This document shows positions 25,494-34,358 of a DNA stretch of 39,231 nt, one piece after another. The position numbers were made by a program, and so were the translations under genes. The stretch is from a virus (taxonomy: Duplodnaviria; Caudoviricetes). The stretch spans positions 1 through 39,231 of the IMG/VR virus record IMGVR_UViG_3300012971_000036; one strand, 5' to 3'. Below the pieces are notes generated by a model. The model did not search any database, had not been told where the DNA came from, and saw only the letters and a list, made by a program, of their open reading frames with translations. Numbering within the stretch: the stretch's first letter is position 1; the number at the start of each line of letters is the position of its first letter.

Positions 25494-26885
25494 ATGGGTT
25501 TGATTAGCGATTTCCTAGCTCGTGACGACGGCACTACGCTGCGGGTCGGAGTGTTCGGGGACTGCATGGTTGACGAATATTACTACACAGAAGTTAATCG
25601 AATAAGTCCCGAATTCCCGATCCCGGTGATGCGTTCATCGCGGGAGGACATGCGCTACGCCCTGCCCGGCGGTGCCGCCAACGTCGCCTACCAGTTCCGC
25701 CATTTTAACGTCAACGCCTATCTCGTGGCGATGGTTAATGATTACGCGAAGCAGGTTTACGACCTTGCGGGTGTGAACACAACGTTATGTCGCCATTGCG
25801 AACATCAGGTGCCCGTCAAGAAGCGGTTTTACCATACCGACTTCCCTCTGTCCCGTTGGGACATCGAAGGACCGAGCGAGTTCCATAGTGAGCCGGTTTA
25901 CGAAGGCATTCTGGATACCCTTCTGGGGATGGACGTGTTCGTATTCTCGGATTACAACAAAGGTTTCTTCGATGACGTTACCCACTACGATCATGCCTTC
26001 CGGCCCCTTATCACCCAGACCTCAATTCCCACCATCGTGGACCCCAAGGCCGAGGACATCGAAAAGTGGAAAGGCTGTACCGTTTTCAAACCGAATGCGC
26101 TGGAGGCCAAGCGGTTAAGCAAGGGGCGGGCCGACTGGTGCAGTCAGGCCCGATATTTTCAAAAGAAGTTGGGCTGCAAGGCGGTTGTTATAACGATGGG
26201 TGGCGAGGGAGTCAACTGCCTCGTGGAAGGGCATATTTTCAAATACACGCCGAGGCGGACTGCCAGTAACGTCAACAGCGTCGTCGGGGCCGGCGATTGC
26301 TTTATTGCTTTTCTGGCGATGGCCCTGGGACGGGGTACGAGCGTGCAGGAAGCCGTCGAAATTGCCTACGAGGCCGGGGCGATATATGTCCAGAATAAAC
26401 ACAACGAACCCGTCACCCGTCATCTCCTTCTTGCCCAGGAAGACCCCATCGCCGCCAAGTTCCGCTCCCCCAAAGACCTGGCCACGCGGGATTACAAGTT
26501 AGCCTTCACCAACGGCTGCTTCGACCTCCTCCACCCCGGTCATCTCGCCACCCTTCAGTTCGCCAAGGACAAGGCCGACAAGTTGGTGGTGGCAGTAAAT
26601 GGTGACCAGAGTGTGGCCCGGCTTAAAGGACCGAGCAGGCCGGTAAACGGTCTGGCGAACCGCATGAGGTTGCTTGCGGCCCTCCAGATGGTGGATTTCG
26701 TGGTGTCCTTTGACGAGGACACCCCCGCCCGTCTGATCGACGCCATTCGCCCCGATGTGTTGGTAAAGGGTGGTGACTATCGCCCGGAACAAATCGTCGG
26801 CTACGAGACGGTCGCGGAGGTCTTCGCGGCACCGATGGTCGAAGGTATGTCCACGTCCATTTTGATCGAACGCATGAGAAAGTAA
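25494..26885 (+). CDS. hldE: bifunctional heptose-7-phosphate kinase / heptose-1-phosphate adenylyltransferase
   Basis: GDCMVDEY, RISPE.PIPV, GGAANVA, SDYNKG, VDPK, KPN, GAGD, then TNGCFDLLHPGH, RLKGPSRP and VKGGDY. Confidence 0.93.
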   Translation: MGLISDFLARDDGTTLRVGVFGDCMVDEYYYTEVNRISPEFPIPVMRSSREDMRYALPGGAANVAYQFRHFNVNAYLVAMVNDYAKQVYDLAGVNTTLCRHCEHQVPVKKRFYHTDFPLSRWDIEGPSEFHSEPVYEGILDTLLGMDVFVFSDYNKGFFDDVTHYDHAFRPLITQTSIPTIVDPKAEDIEKWKGCTVFKPNALEAKRLSKGRADWCSQARYFQKKLGCKAVVITMGGEGVNCLVEGHIFKYTPRRTASNVNSVVGAGDCFIAFLAMALGRGTSVQEAVEIAYEAGAIYVQNKHNEPVTRHLLLAQEDPIAAKFRSPKDLATRDYKLAFTNGCFDLLHPGHLATLQFAKDKADKLVVAVNGDQSVARLKGPSRPVNGLANRMRLLAALQMVDFVVSFDEDTPARLIDAIRPDVLVKGGDYRPEQIVGYETVAEVFAAPMVEGMSTSILIERMRK

Positions 26886-26886
26886 T

Positions 26887-27489
26887 ATGTGCTTTTCCGC
26901 CGAGGCCAGTTTTGCTGTAAGCGCTGCCCTTCTACCCTGCGGGGTGTATTGCGTGCGGGTTGCCTTGCGGAAAAACCCGGACTACTTGCCTCTGGCGGCG
27001 GTTCCCTTGTTTTTTAGCATCCAGCAGTTCTTTGAAGGGCTTGTCTGGCTGGGGCACCCGGCTGCCCAGGGGTTCCTATTTTTCGCTATCGCATTCTGGC
27101 CGATTTGGATTCCTTGGAGCCTGTTCTGCATCACCAGACGATTGGAGCCGTTGTTTTTCGTCGGCATGGGTCTGTGTTGGCTGACCTTATATTTGCTTAT
27201 CGCTTTCCAGCCGGTTGAGGTAACGGTGGTGAATCACTCCCTCCATTATGATGTGGCGTTGGCCGATGATCCCTTCATGAGACTGTTGTATCTTCTGAAC
27301 GTGGTGGCACCGTTGTACTTCTCGCACGACCGCTTCCTGTGGGTGATGGGGGCGGTGGCGATCATCACCGGCGTCCTGACACATATATTGCTTTCGTATG
27401 CCTTCGTGTCCTTGTGGTGTTTCTTCGCGGCGCTGATTTCCTTGGCCCTGTGCTATCGGTTCTATAAAATGAAAAACCCCGCCGGTTAG
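26887..27489 (+). CDS. multi-TM membrane protein (DUF6629-like)
   Basis: MCFSAEASF, PLFFSIQQFFEG and SLWCFFAA. Confidence 0.75.
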   Translation: MCFSAEASFAVSAALLPCGVYCVRVALRKNPDYLPLAAVPLFFSIQQFFEGLVWLGHPAAQGFLFFAIAFWPIWIPWSLFCITRRLEPLFFVGMGLCWLTLYLLIAFQPVEVTVVNHSLHYDVALADDPFMRLLYLLNVVAPLYFSHDRFLWVMGAVAIITGVLTHILLSYAFVSLWCFFAALISLALCYRFYKMKNPAG

Positions 27490-27500
27490 GCGGGGTTTTT
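27472..27500. terminator. bidirectional rho-independent terminator
   Basis: aaaaaccccgcc-ggtta-ggcggggttttt. Confidence 0.85.
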
Positions 27501-27502
27501 CA

Positions 27503-27847
27503 TTACTTCTTGCAGGTACAGTCGGGACTACAGGGTGTGTCGGCGGTGGCACACTTGCATTTACCCTTCTGGCCTTCGCAGGTGCAGCCAGGATTGCAGC
27601 CGCATTTGGCCTGTCCGGCAACCTTGGTGGTCTTTTTGTTGCAGGTACAGCCGTCCGAGCATTTGTCATCCGGGGTGCAGCTACAGTCCGCGCCGCAGGT
27701 GCAGTCGGGGTTACAGTTGCAGTCCTTCGTGACGGTCACCCACTTGGGGTGCAACCAGGGACACTTCTCCACACTCCAGACCAATAGAACGCCGCCGAGT
27801 AACACGCCGAGGGTCACTCCGAGCAGGACGCCAAAGAAAGTTTTCAT
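27503..27847 (-). CDS. membrane-anchored metallothionein-like Cys-rich protein
   Basis: N-terminal TM helix followed by two 9-Cys CxC-rich units; AGGAGG RBS. Confidence 0.7.
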   Translation of the reverse strand: MKTFFGVLLGVTLGVLLGGVLLVWSVEKCPWLHPKWVTVTKDCNCNPDCTCGADCSCTPDDKCSDGCTCNKKTTKVAGQAKCGCNPGCTCEGQKGKCKCATADTPCSPDCTCKK

Positions 27848-27917
27848 GGGATTCCTCCTGAAAGGGGTTAACTACTAAAATATAGTCTGAGGCGGCGATT
27901 TACACAATAGGATTCCG

Positions 27918-28193
27918 ATGGCCAGGAGATATTCACGCCAGCAAGTAAAGAAGCTGATGGAAAAGGTCTGCTATTTCTGCGGCGAGGACGACTACAACCT
28001 CCTCGACGTTCACCGAATCCTCGAAGGGGCGAACGGCGGCACCTACCACGACCGCAACACGGTTTGCGTCTGCTCGAAGTGCCACCGCAAAATCCATTCG
28101 GGCCGCATCGTCATTCACGGGAAATATATGTCCACCGGGAAGAAGTTATGGGTGCTGCATTTTACGGAGGACGGCGAGGAGAAGTGGTCATAA
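27918..28193 (+). CDS. HNH endonuclease
   Basis: CYFC, DVHRI, GG.Y, NTVCVCSKCHRKIH. Confidence 0.85.
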   Translation: MARRYSRQQVKKLMEKVCYFCGEDDYNLLDVHRILEGANGGTYHDRNTVCVCSKCHRKIHSGRIVIHGKYMSTGKKLWVLHFTEDGEEKWS

Positions 28194-28209
28194 GTGGCTT
28201 ACATAGAAC

Positions 28210-28626
28210 ATGAAGAAGTTCGGTCGGCTCGAACAGTTTGCGCACCTTTTCACGTTCTGGACCGGGACGACCTGGGCATTCTTCATGGCCCTGTTGGTCG
28301 TCTTGGTTTGGCTGGTCACCGGACCCTATTTCGAGTTCTCCGACACCTGGCAGTTAGTCATAAACACCGGCACCACGATAATAACCTTCCTTATGGTATT
28401 TCTTATTCAGCGAACGATGAACAAGGAGATGCAGGCCGTCCAGTTAAAGTTGAACGAACTGATCGCGGCAATGGAGGGTGCCAGCAACCGCTTGATAAAT
28501 GTCGAGGACTTGAGCGAGGACGATGTGCGGCGGTTGCACCAGCGCTACCGGCGGTTGGCCACGAAGTCCCTGGTCGATGACAAGCGGACCAACTCCCACT
28601 CGATTGAGGAGGAGGATGATGACTGA
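28210..28626 (+). CDS. low-affinity iron permease family (Fet4-like) protein
   Basis: FSDTWQLVINTGTTIITFLMVFLIQ, AVQLKLNELI and N.LINVEDL. Confidence 0.88.
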   Translation: MKKFGRLEQFAHLFTFWTGTTWAFFMALLVVLVWLVTGPYFEFSDTWQLVINTGTTIITFLMVFLIQRTMNKEMQAVQLKLNELIAAMEGASNRLINVEDLSEDDVRRLHQRYRRLATKSLVDDKRTNSHSIEEEDDD

Positions 28627-28664
28627 AGATTTGGCCCACGGGGGCTAAATAAATTGGAGGCAGT

Positions 28665-28985
28665 ATGGCTCGATTCAGAACGTTTAGAGAATGGTTGAAG
28701 ATCAGGTTAGAAGGAGATGTCCCTGGGGGTACAAGCGTGCCCACCAAGGCCAGCCCCAACATGGACCTCGCCTCCAAGGCGGTCACCCAGGCCACCACCG
28801 ATATTGCCACAACCAAGAAGGTAGCCCCTAACGATCTAACCTCGACCCCGGCGGGCCAGGCCGAGATCATGAAGAAGGCCCAGGACACGGCCAAGAAGAT
28901 AAACCCCGCCGCGACACCCAACGTGGCAGACATGGCCACGGTCGTGAGCGGTGACGATAAGAAGGCCGCGATGAGGAAGCGATGA
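28665..28985 (+). CDS. hypothetical protein, CTS-like N-terminus
   Basis: MARFRTFREWLKIRLEG; TAAATA at 28646, GGAGG RBS. Confidence 0.7.
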   Translation: MARFRTFREWLKIRLEGDVPGGTSVPTKASPNMDLASKAVTQATTDIATTKKVAPNDLTSTPAGQAEIMKKAQDTAKKINPAATPNVADMATVVSGDDKKAAMRKR

Positions 28986-29221
28986 TGACGTTCGGCCAAT
29001 TCCTGGTGGAGATGGAAAAACGTCTGGTGCTGTTTGGTATTGAAGCTGCCAAGGCCAAGAAGGGCGGCGGCACCAAGCAGAGCGGCGGCGACCGGGCCTC
29101 GCCCACGCGCATGATGGCTCGACCCAACCTCAAAGTCGTCAATCCTGCCAGCATCTACGACGGGATGCCGGTGACAGCCAGATTCGACAAGCCGCCCAGC
29201 AACGTTGTGGCGAAGCGATGA
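28982..29221 (+). CDS. hypothetical protein, CTS-like N-terminus
   Basis: MMTFGQFLVEME; ATGA overlap. Confidence 0.65.
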   Translation: MMTFGQFLVEMEKRLVLFGIEAAKAKKGGGTKQSGGDRASPTRMMARPNLKVVNPASIYDGMPVTARFDKPPSNVVAKR

Positions 29222-29421
29222 ATTACACCCTTTATAACAAACGACTGAAGCGCCGCCTGACTCACCCGGCGGTGGGCCTGTGGTTTACCCCCAAATTTCA
29301 GGATGCCGTGGACATGCTCCGGGCTTGCAAAGAGTATGTTCGCACCTTGGGTGCCCAGGAGGACGACTTTGTAATTGTCGAGGTCGAGACGATGCAAGAG
29401 GTTAACGACAGTTGTAGTTGA
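29218..29421 (+). CDS. hypothetical protein
   Basis: ATGA overlap with the previous gene. Confidence 0.6.
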   Translation: MNYTLYNKRLKRRLTHPAVGLWFTPKFQDAVDMLRACKEYVRTLGAQEDDFVIVEVETMQEVNDSCS

Positions 29422-30079
29422 TGGTAACTTCGCCGGTGTGCGCCCACGGCTCGTCGTTTTTCATCCACCTTTCCACCAAATCCCAATCATTGGGGAAGGT
29501 GTGGTTCTCGGTGGTGGTGGGGTCGGCACGCCAGCCGCCGTATTTGCCGATCAGTCCCCGGCGGTGCATAATCTCGGACGTGTCGATGGCCGCGAATCGC
29601 GGAGGCCCCAGATCGAGCCGCACCCACGCCTTGGCCCCACCCCTGAACACGTTGGTGCCGGTATAAGCAAATTGCACATTCTTCTCGGTCAGGGTCTTGT
29701 AGAGCAGTTCCAGGTGGTTGGGTTCCCACCAGTTGTCGTCGTCGAGGTACGCTATAAGGTCTATTTCACTGTTGAGGATGCAGAAGTTGCGACCACCCCA
29801 CCCGCCCCCTTGCATATTGATTGGCAGCGCGAAGTACCGGAAGCGGCAATCCTTGGCGATAATGTGTTGAGCGAGCTTTCGGGTTTGTTCGCACTGGCCA
29901 CACTCCAAACACGCCCTCTGGGTGCTGTAGGGGTGCAGGCAGGCGGCTTCGCGGCAGCCGTCCTTCACGATCCAGCACTCGAAATCGTTGTGGGTCTGCC
30001 AGCGCACCGACTCCACGGCCCGCACCAGGGAATCCGGTCTATGGTAGGTGGGAAGGCAAATCAGTATTTTCTCACTCAT
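29402..30079 (-). CDS. GT2 family glycosyltransferase
   Basis: LPTYHR, AVESV..QT, KDG, RN, IAYLDDDNWW.PNHL, DWDL. Confidence 0.88.
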   Translation of the reverse strand: MSEKILICLPTYHRPDSLVRAVESVRWQTHNDFECWIVKDGCREAACLHPYSTQRACLECGQCEQTRKLAQHIIAKDCRFRYFALPINMQGGGWGGRNFCILNSEIDLIAYLDDDNWWEPNHLELLYKTLTEKNVQFAYTGTNVFRGGAKAWVRLDLGPPRFAAIDTSEIMHRRGLIGKYGGWRADPTTTENHTFPNDWDLVERWMKNDEPWAHTGEVTINYNCR

Positions 30080-30596
30080 TCAGAACCCCGTAAATCAAAT
30101 TGTCCACCCATTGTCCCGCTCGCCAGACGGCCTGTCGTTGAAAACCCTCCTTTGTAAATCCGGCGGCTTCCGCGCACCGTTGGGACACCTTGTTGGTGGT
30201 CAGAATTTGTGCGTTCAGCCGGTGCAGATTCAGAATCCGAAACGCGAACTCCTTCCCCGCTAACACGAGCTTCTTGCCCAGCCCTCGGCCACGGTGGTCT
30301 TTATAAATGTCCCAACCGACCTCGGCACCACGATTCTGCCAGTCAATGTTTTGAAACTTGAACACCCCAACGTTATTCTCTCCCTCCGACCCGACGAGGA
30401 CGAGGTTCCGGGGCGTGTGTACGTCTTCTTCGCCCAGGGATCGGAACCACTTTTCCTGGGTGCAGGTATTGGCGACCGTAATTCGATGGGTGCCAAACCA
30501 GCTTTCATTCTTCAGGTTCAACAGGTCGATCAGGTCGCTGTCCTCCATCCTTCGGAATGAAATGCCGTTTTCATGGCAGAATAAAGGGTGTATCAT
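30072..30596 (-). CDS. GNAT (RimJ/PseH-like) N-acetyltransferase
   Basis: IDWQNRGAEVG, HRGRGLG, LNLHRL, N..S...E..GF.KEG..RQ. ATG overlaps the DegT stop. Confidence 0.85.
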   Translation of the reverse strand: MIHPLFCHENGISFRRMEDSDLIDLLNLKNESWFGTHRITVANTCTQEKWFRSLGEEDVHTPRNLVLVGSEGENNVGVFKFQNIDWQNRGAEVGWDIYKDHRGRGLGKKLVLAGKEFAFRILNLHRLNAQILTTNKVSQRCAEAAGFTKEGFQRQAVWRAGQWVDNLIYGVLNE

Positions 30597-31720
30597 CACC
30601 ATCCTCGTTGGATGCAGTCCACGATGCGCTCGCGGTCTTCGGGAGTGACCCACCAGCCGCAGGGCAGGCAAATCATCTCCTTGGCGAGCGTGTCGAGGTT
30701 GGGAAGCTGGCATCGGTATTGCTTCAAACAATCGTGTTTATCGTTGCGGTCGTGGACCTGACTGACCATAATGTTGTTCTCGGTCATCTTGCGCACGAAA
30801 TCCGCCCGGTTTTCGACACGCAGCGAGTATATCCAGTACGAGGATTCGCGGTCCTCGGCGTCTTCCATGAGGGTCACTCCCGGTATTTCAGCCAGGGTTT
30901 TATTGTAGTACCGCCCGTTCTCCCGGTTGATCTTGAGCAACGCCCCGATGTGGGGATAATTCCCCAGCCCGATGGTCGCGGCGATGTTATTCATGTGGAA
31001 CTTAAAGCCCCATTCTTTAATGTTCTGCTGGCATCGAAAGTCGGCGGTGGCATTGCGGTCCAAACCGTACCATCGCAACAGCTTGGTCCTTTGGTGGTCG
31101 GCCTCGTTGGGCGACAAAAGGCAGCCGCCGTCCCCGGTGGTCAGGTGTTTGATGGCCTGGAAGCTGAATACCGCCGCGTTGCCGTGGGTGCCGAGCAGTC
31201 GTCCTTGGTAGGTTGCCCCCCAGGCGTGGGCACAGTCCTCAATCACCGGCGGTGACCACCCGTAGAGGAGATAGCAGTTGTTCTGGATTTCCTTGATGCG
31301 TTCCAAGTCGCAGGCATAACCGCCCCAATGGACCACCATGATGGCGGCGGTCTTATGGGTGATCTTGCGGGCCAGGTCGTCCGTGTCAACGTTGCACGTT
31401 CGGGGGTTGACATCGACCCAACGTAGCCGCAGGTTCTCTGCGGTGATGGCGAAGTTGGTGGCCGTACAGGTGAGCGGGGTTGTCAGCACTTCCGAGTCAG
31501 CCGGTAGCCCCTGGCCTTTCGCCATATGCACGGCGAGTTGAAGGCCCGATGTCGCACTATTGACGGTATTCACCCAGGGGTGGCCGAAATGCTTGCGTAG
31601 GACTTCCTCGAAGTCTTCCACCTGATCGCCCTGGCCGATGAAACCGCTAAGCAGGGTCTTGCCTACCGCTTCCGGCACGTTGTCGTGCATGAAAACCTTG
31701 AACAGTTCGATCTTTTTCAT
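30596..31720 (-). CDS. DegT/DnrJ/EryC1/StrS nucleotide-sugar aminotransferase
   Basis: NSATSGL, VHWGG, EDCAHAWG, FSFQAIKHLTTGDGG, LPC. Confidence 0.92.
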   Translation of the reverse strand: MKKIELFKVFMHDNVPEAVGKTLLSGFIGQGDQVEDFEEVLRKHFGHPWVNTVNSATSGLQLAVHMAKGQGLPADSEVLTTPLTCTATNFAITAENLRLRWVDVNPRTCNVDTDDLARKITHKTAAIMVVHWGGYACDLERIKEIQNNCYLLYGWSPPVIEDCAHAWGATYQGRLLGTHGNAAVFSFQAIKHLTTGDGGCLLSPNEADHQRTKLLRWYGLDRNATADFRCQQNIKEWGFKFHMNNIAATIGLGNYPHIGALLKINRENGRYYNKTLAEIPGVTLMEDAEDRESSYWIYSLRVENRADFVRKMTENNIMVSQVHDRNDKHDCLKQYRCQLPNLDTLAKEMICLPCGWWVTPEDRERIVDCIQRGW

Positions 31721-32715
31721 TATTCCCCTTGATAATATGTCCCGGCCTGGATGTACTTCCTGTAGAGATTGCAGTAGTCGGGGTGTTGATAGATTTTCGC
31801 CTCGATCTCCTTGGCGTATCGTCGGAAGGTGGCGATGCGGCTCCTTTTGCCCGACTCGGAGTCCCAACTCATGGTGCCGAAGTGGATGAGCAGGTCCGGG
31901 TCGAGTGCGGCGAATTTGCGGTTATCCTGGCACAACTGGTAATACATCCAGGCCCCCATTTCCATCGTCATGTATTCGTAGGTGGCATTCTGGTCCGGCG
32001 GCTCGGCCAGGGCGTCGTGTTCCCGGTAATACTGGAGGAACTGCTCGACGTTTACTTTCTCGTGGAGCTTGAAGGGCGGGGTCGGAATATGCCAGCCGCA
32101 CCACGTTGTCCCGGTCTTTTCCAGCCACTTGCGGCGACACACCAGGAAGGTACAGAGCAGGTGGGGGACACGCAGGATTGGTTTGTCCTTGTGGGTGGAC
32201 GAGTCGCACTTGGCGCACAATAACCGTGGGGCGTAGGCAATGGCTACGTCGTCGTCGCCGTAGAATTTGTCCTCGACTTCCCGCAGCCAGTTGTCCTTCA
32301 TGATGATGATGTCATCGTGCATCAGCAGGTAGGCGTCGGTGTGGACCCAGGGGATGGCCATTTCCACCGCCTCCGGGTGGCCGATGCGGCTCCACGCCCG
32401 GATGACCGAAATGGGCATGTCCTTCTTCACCTGGGGCCGGTCGGCGTGATACCATTTCATATCGCGCAGTTCTTCGAGGAATTGCTGCTTCAAGTTGCAA
32501 GGGTTTTCGTCGCCGGTGCGTGCGTCGGGGCCGTTGATGCAAACCATGAAATGTTCCAGCAAGTCATTGGGTTTGGTTCGCAGCAGCAGACTGAAGACCG
32601 ACCAGAGCAGGCATTCAATCGGGCCGGCGGCGGTGGGGATGATCGCCGTGATCTTTCCGGGCAGGGCGGTCGTCTCCACGCATTCGTCGCGTTCATAAAC
32701 CATGTGCGGGTGCAT
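31720..32715 (-). CDS. GT-A fold glycosyltransferase-like protein (paralog of 36053-37039)
   Basis: ITAIIPT, NGPD.RTGD, RAWSRIGH, LLMHDDII, IHFG. Confidence 0.7.
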   Translation of the reverse strand: MHPHMVYERDECVETTALPGKITAIIPTAAGPIECLLWSVFSLLLRTKPNDLLEHFMVCINGPDARTGDENPCNLKQQFLEELRDMKWYHADRPQVKKDMPISVIRAWSRIGHPEAVEMAIPWVHTDAYLLMHDDIIIMKDNWLREVEDKFYGDDDVAIAYAPRLLCAKCDSSTHKDKPILRVPHLLCTFLVCRRKWLEKTGTTWCGWHIPTPPFKLHEKVNVEQFLQYYREHDALAEPPDQNATYEYMTMEMGAWMYYQLCQDNRKFAALDPDLLIHFGTMSWDSESGKRSRIATFRRYAKEIEAKIYQHPDYCNLYRKYIQAGTYYQGE

Positions 32716-33514
32716 TATTTGCTCCTTCTATAATGCCGGTGAGTCGTTCATAATAGAGCCTGTGATCGGCAAAAATCTCGCAGGGCAAAACCTGACCCCG
32801 CCACTCTGGCCACGATGACGGCAGGAAGACCTCGCGGAAGTTTCTGGGGTCCAGGTACAGTTGTACCGGCACGAGCAGGTCGGCATTGTTGGTGTGGTAG
32901 TACCAGGCGCACACGCCATAACTGTAAAACGGCATCCGATACTTGTTCCCGAAGTCCTTCATTTTGACGCCGGCCTCGTGGAATGCCTTGGAGAAGGTTT
33001 CCTGATCCCTGTGCGGTATGTGTCCGTATTTGTCCCAGACCTGCTGGAAGGCCCAAGCAGGCACCACCCCGTTCGACACCGAGGCCAGGGCCGGCTCGAC
33101 GCGACCGCACCAGTAGCCAACACTGGTGTCACTAAGATACTTCTCAAGGATGCGGTCGAAGTCATCCTTCACGAACACATAGTCGTCCTCAACGAGAATG
33201 TAAGCGTCGAAGGCATCACGGTAACGCTCGAAAACCCACTGGTACGGGCCGTAGGATGCCCCGGTGTTTTCGGTTTCCATGACCACAACCGGGGTTTGCC
33301 GAATTTGAGCAGGCCATTCATTTAGAAACGCCCGAAATTCGGGCGGCTCCTCCAGGTTTTTCGGTATGCAAAGGGTGATTTGTGCCAGGTTGTGCCGTAG
33401 CTCCCACAGCCGCATCAACTGTACGCGCAGGTAGAGGGAACGGTCGGCGTTGTAAAGGTCGGCCCCGCCCCGCCGCCACCCCGACCAACACGGGCAGACG
33501 TAGTTAAGTTTCAT
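32693..33514 (-). CDS. glycosyltransferase-like protein
   Basis: ENTGASYG and YILVEDDY (DxD-like). Confidence 0.6.
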   Translation of the reverse strand: MKLNYVCPCWSGWRRGGADLYNADRSLYLRVQLMRLWELRHNLAQITLCIPKNLEEPPEFRAFLNEWPAQIRQTPVVVMETENTGASYGPYQWVFERYRDAFDAYILVEDDYVFVKDDFDRILEKYLSDTSVGYWCGRVEPALASVSNGVVPAWAFQQVWDKYGHIPHRDQETFSKAFHEAGVKMKDFGNKYRMPFYSYGVCAWYYHTNNADLLVPVQLYLDPRNFREVFLPSSWPEWRGQVLPCEIFADHRLYYERLTGIIEGANNAPAHGL

Positions 33515-34358
33515 TGCCCAGGTTCTCCTTCCAGGCTTCCTCCAACGCTCGCATTGCCTGATGCGGGTCCGAGTTTATCTTGGTCGTCCCTCCGACAAGG
33601 TGGTACAGAAGCCGCTCCCTTGGCAATTTGTCTCGCAGCCCGAAGTTGGTGCGATAGAGATTGCTGTAGTAGTTGTGCCAGTCCACCGTTTGGAACGAGA
33701 GCCACCGCCAGTCGTTCTGTTGACACCACAGCCAGAGGTTACAGGTGGTGTCGTAGGTGCCCTTTGGGTTGGGGAATTTAAGCCAGTGTTCCTTGAGGGG
33801 GCCGGGGACAAGATACTTGCCATCGGGCATGTCGAAGTAGGTAACTTCCTCCCCTTCCTTGCCCGGCAGGCGAATCGGTTGGCTGCCGGCCAGGAACTCC
33901 GGTCCTGGTAAGCGCGATTTTCGCAACAGCATACAGTATGGGCAGGGGAAAAAGGTCTGAACCAGCAGGGGCGGTTTGTGGGTGCTTACGCCAACTGCGA
34001 AAAGGTTATGTTTCTCCATCAGACGAAGATATATTTCGTCCGTGGCAGCACAAAAGAACAGGTCCGGGTCCGTTACCAGCACATGATCGTTGGCGGCTTG
34101 TTGGAGGGCGTAATGCAATCCCAGAGCATGGAGCCTGGACGGCAAGCGCTCCTGGGGCGGTGTGGTGAACTCCAGCCCCGTCCCCACGCACTTGACTGTG
34201 ATCTTTCCCAACGTTTTCTGCCAACCCTCGCCTTCCTCCAGGTCATTTTGGGCAAGGATCACTTCGGTTGTATGCCTGGTATACCGAGCGATGCTCTCCA
34301 AGAATATCTCCTCGAAGGGCTTCAAAACCTTCAGGACAACCGCACATATTGTTATCAT
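33504..34358 (-). CDS. GT-A-like protein, paralog 3 of the MIT(L/I)C family
   Basis: HALGLH, TDPDLFF, CNLWLW...RWLSFQT.D.H.Y, LYH. Confidence 0.7.
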   Translation of the reverse strand: MITICAVVLKVLKPFEEIFLESIARYTRHTTEVILAQNDLEEGEGWQKTLGKITVKCVGTGLEFTTPPQERLPSRLHALGLHYALQQAANDHVLVTDPDLFFCAATDEIYLRLMEKHNLFAVGVSTHKPPLLVQTFFPCPYCMLLRKSRLPGPEFLAGSQPIRLPGKEGEEVTYFDMPDGKYLVPGPLKEHWLKFPNPKGTYDTTCNLWLWCQQNDWRWLSFQTVDWHNYYSNLYRTNFGLRDKLPRERLLYHLVGGTTKINSDPHQAMRALEEAWKENLGNET

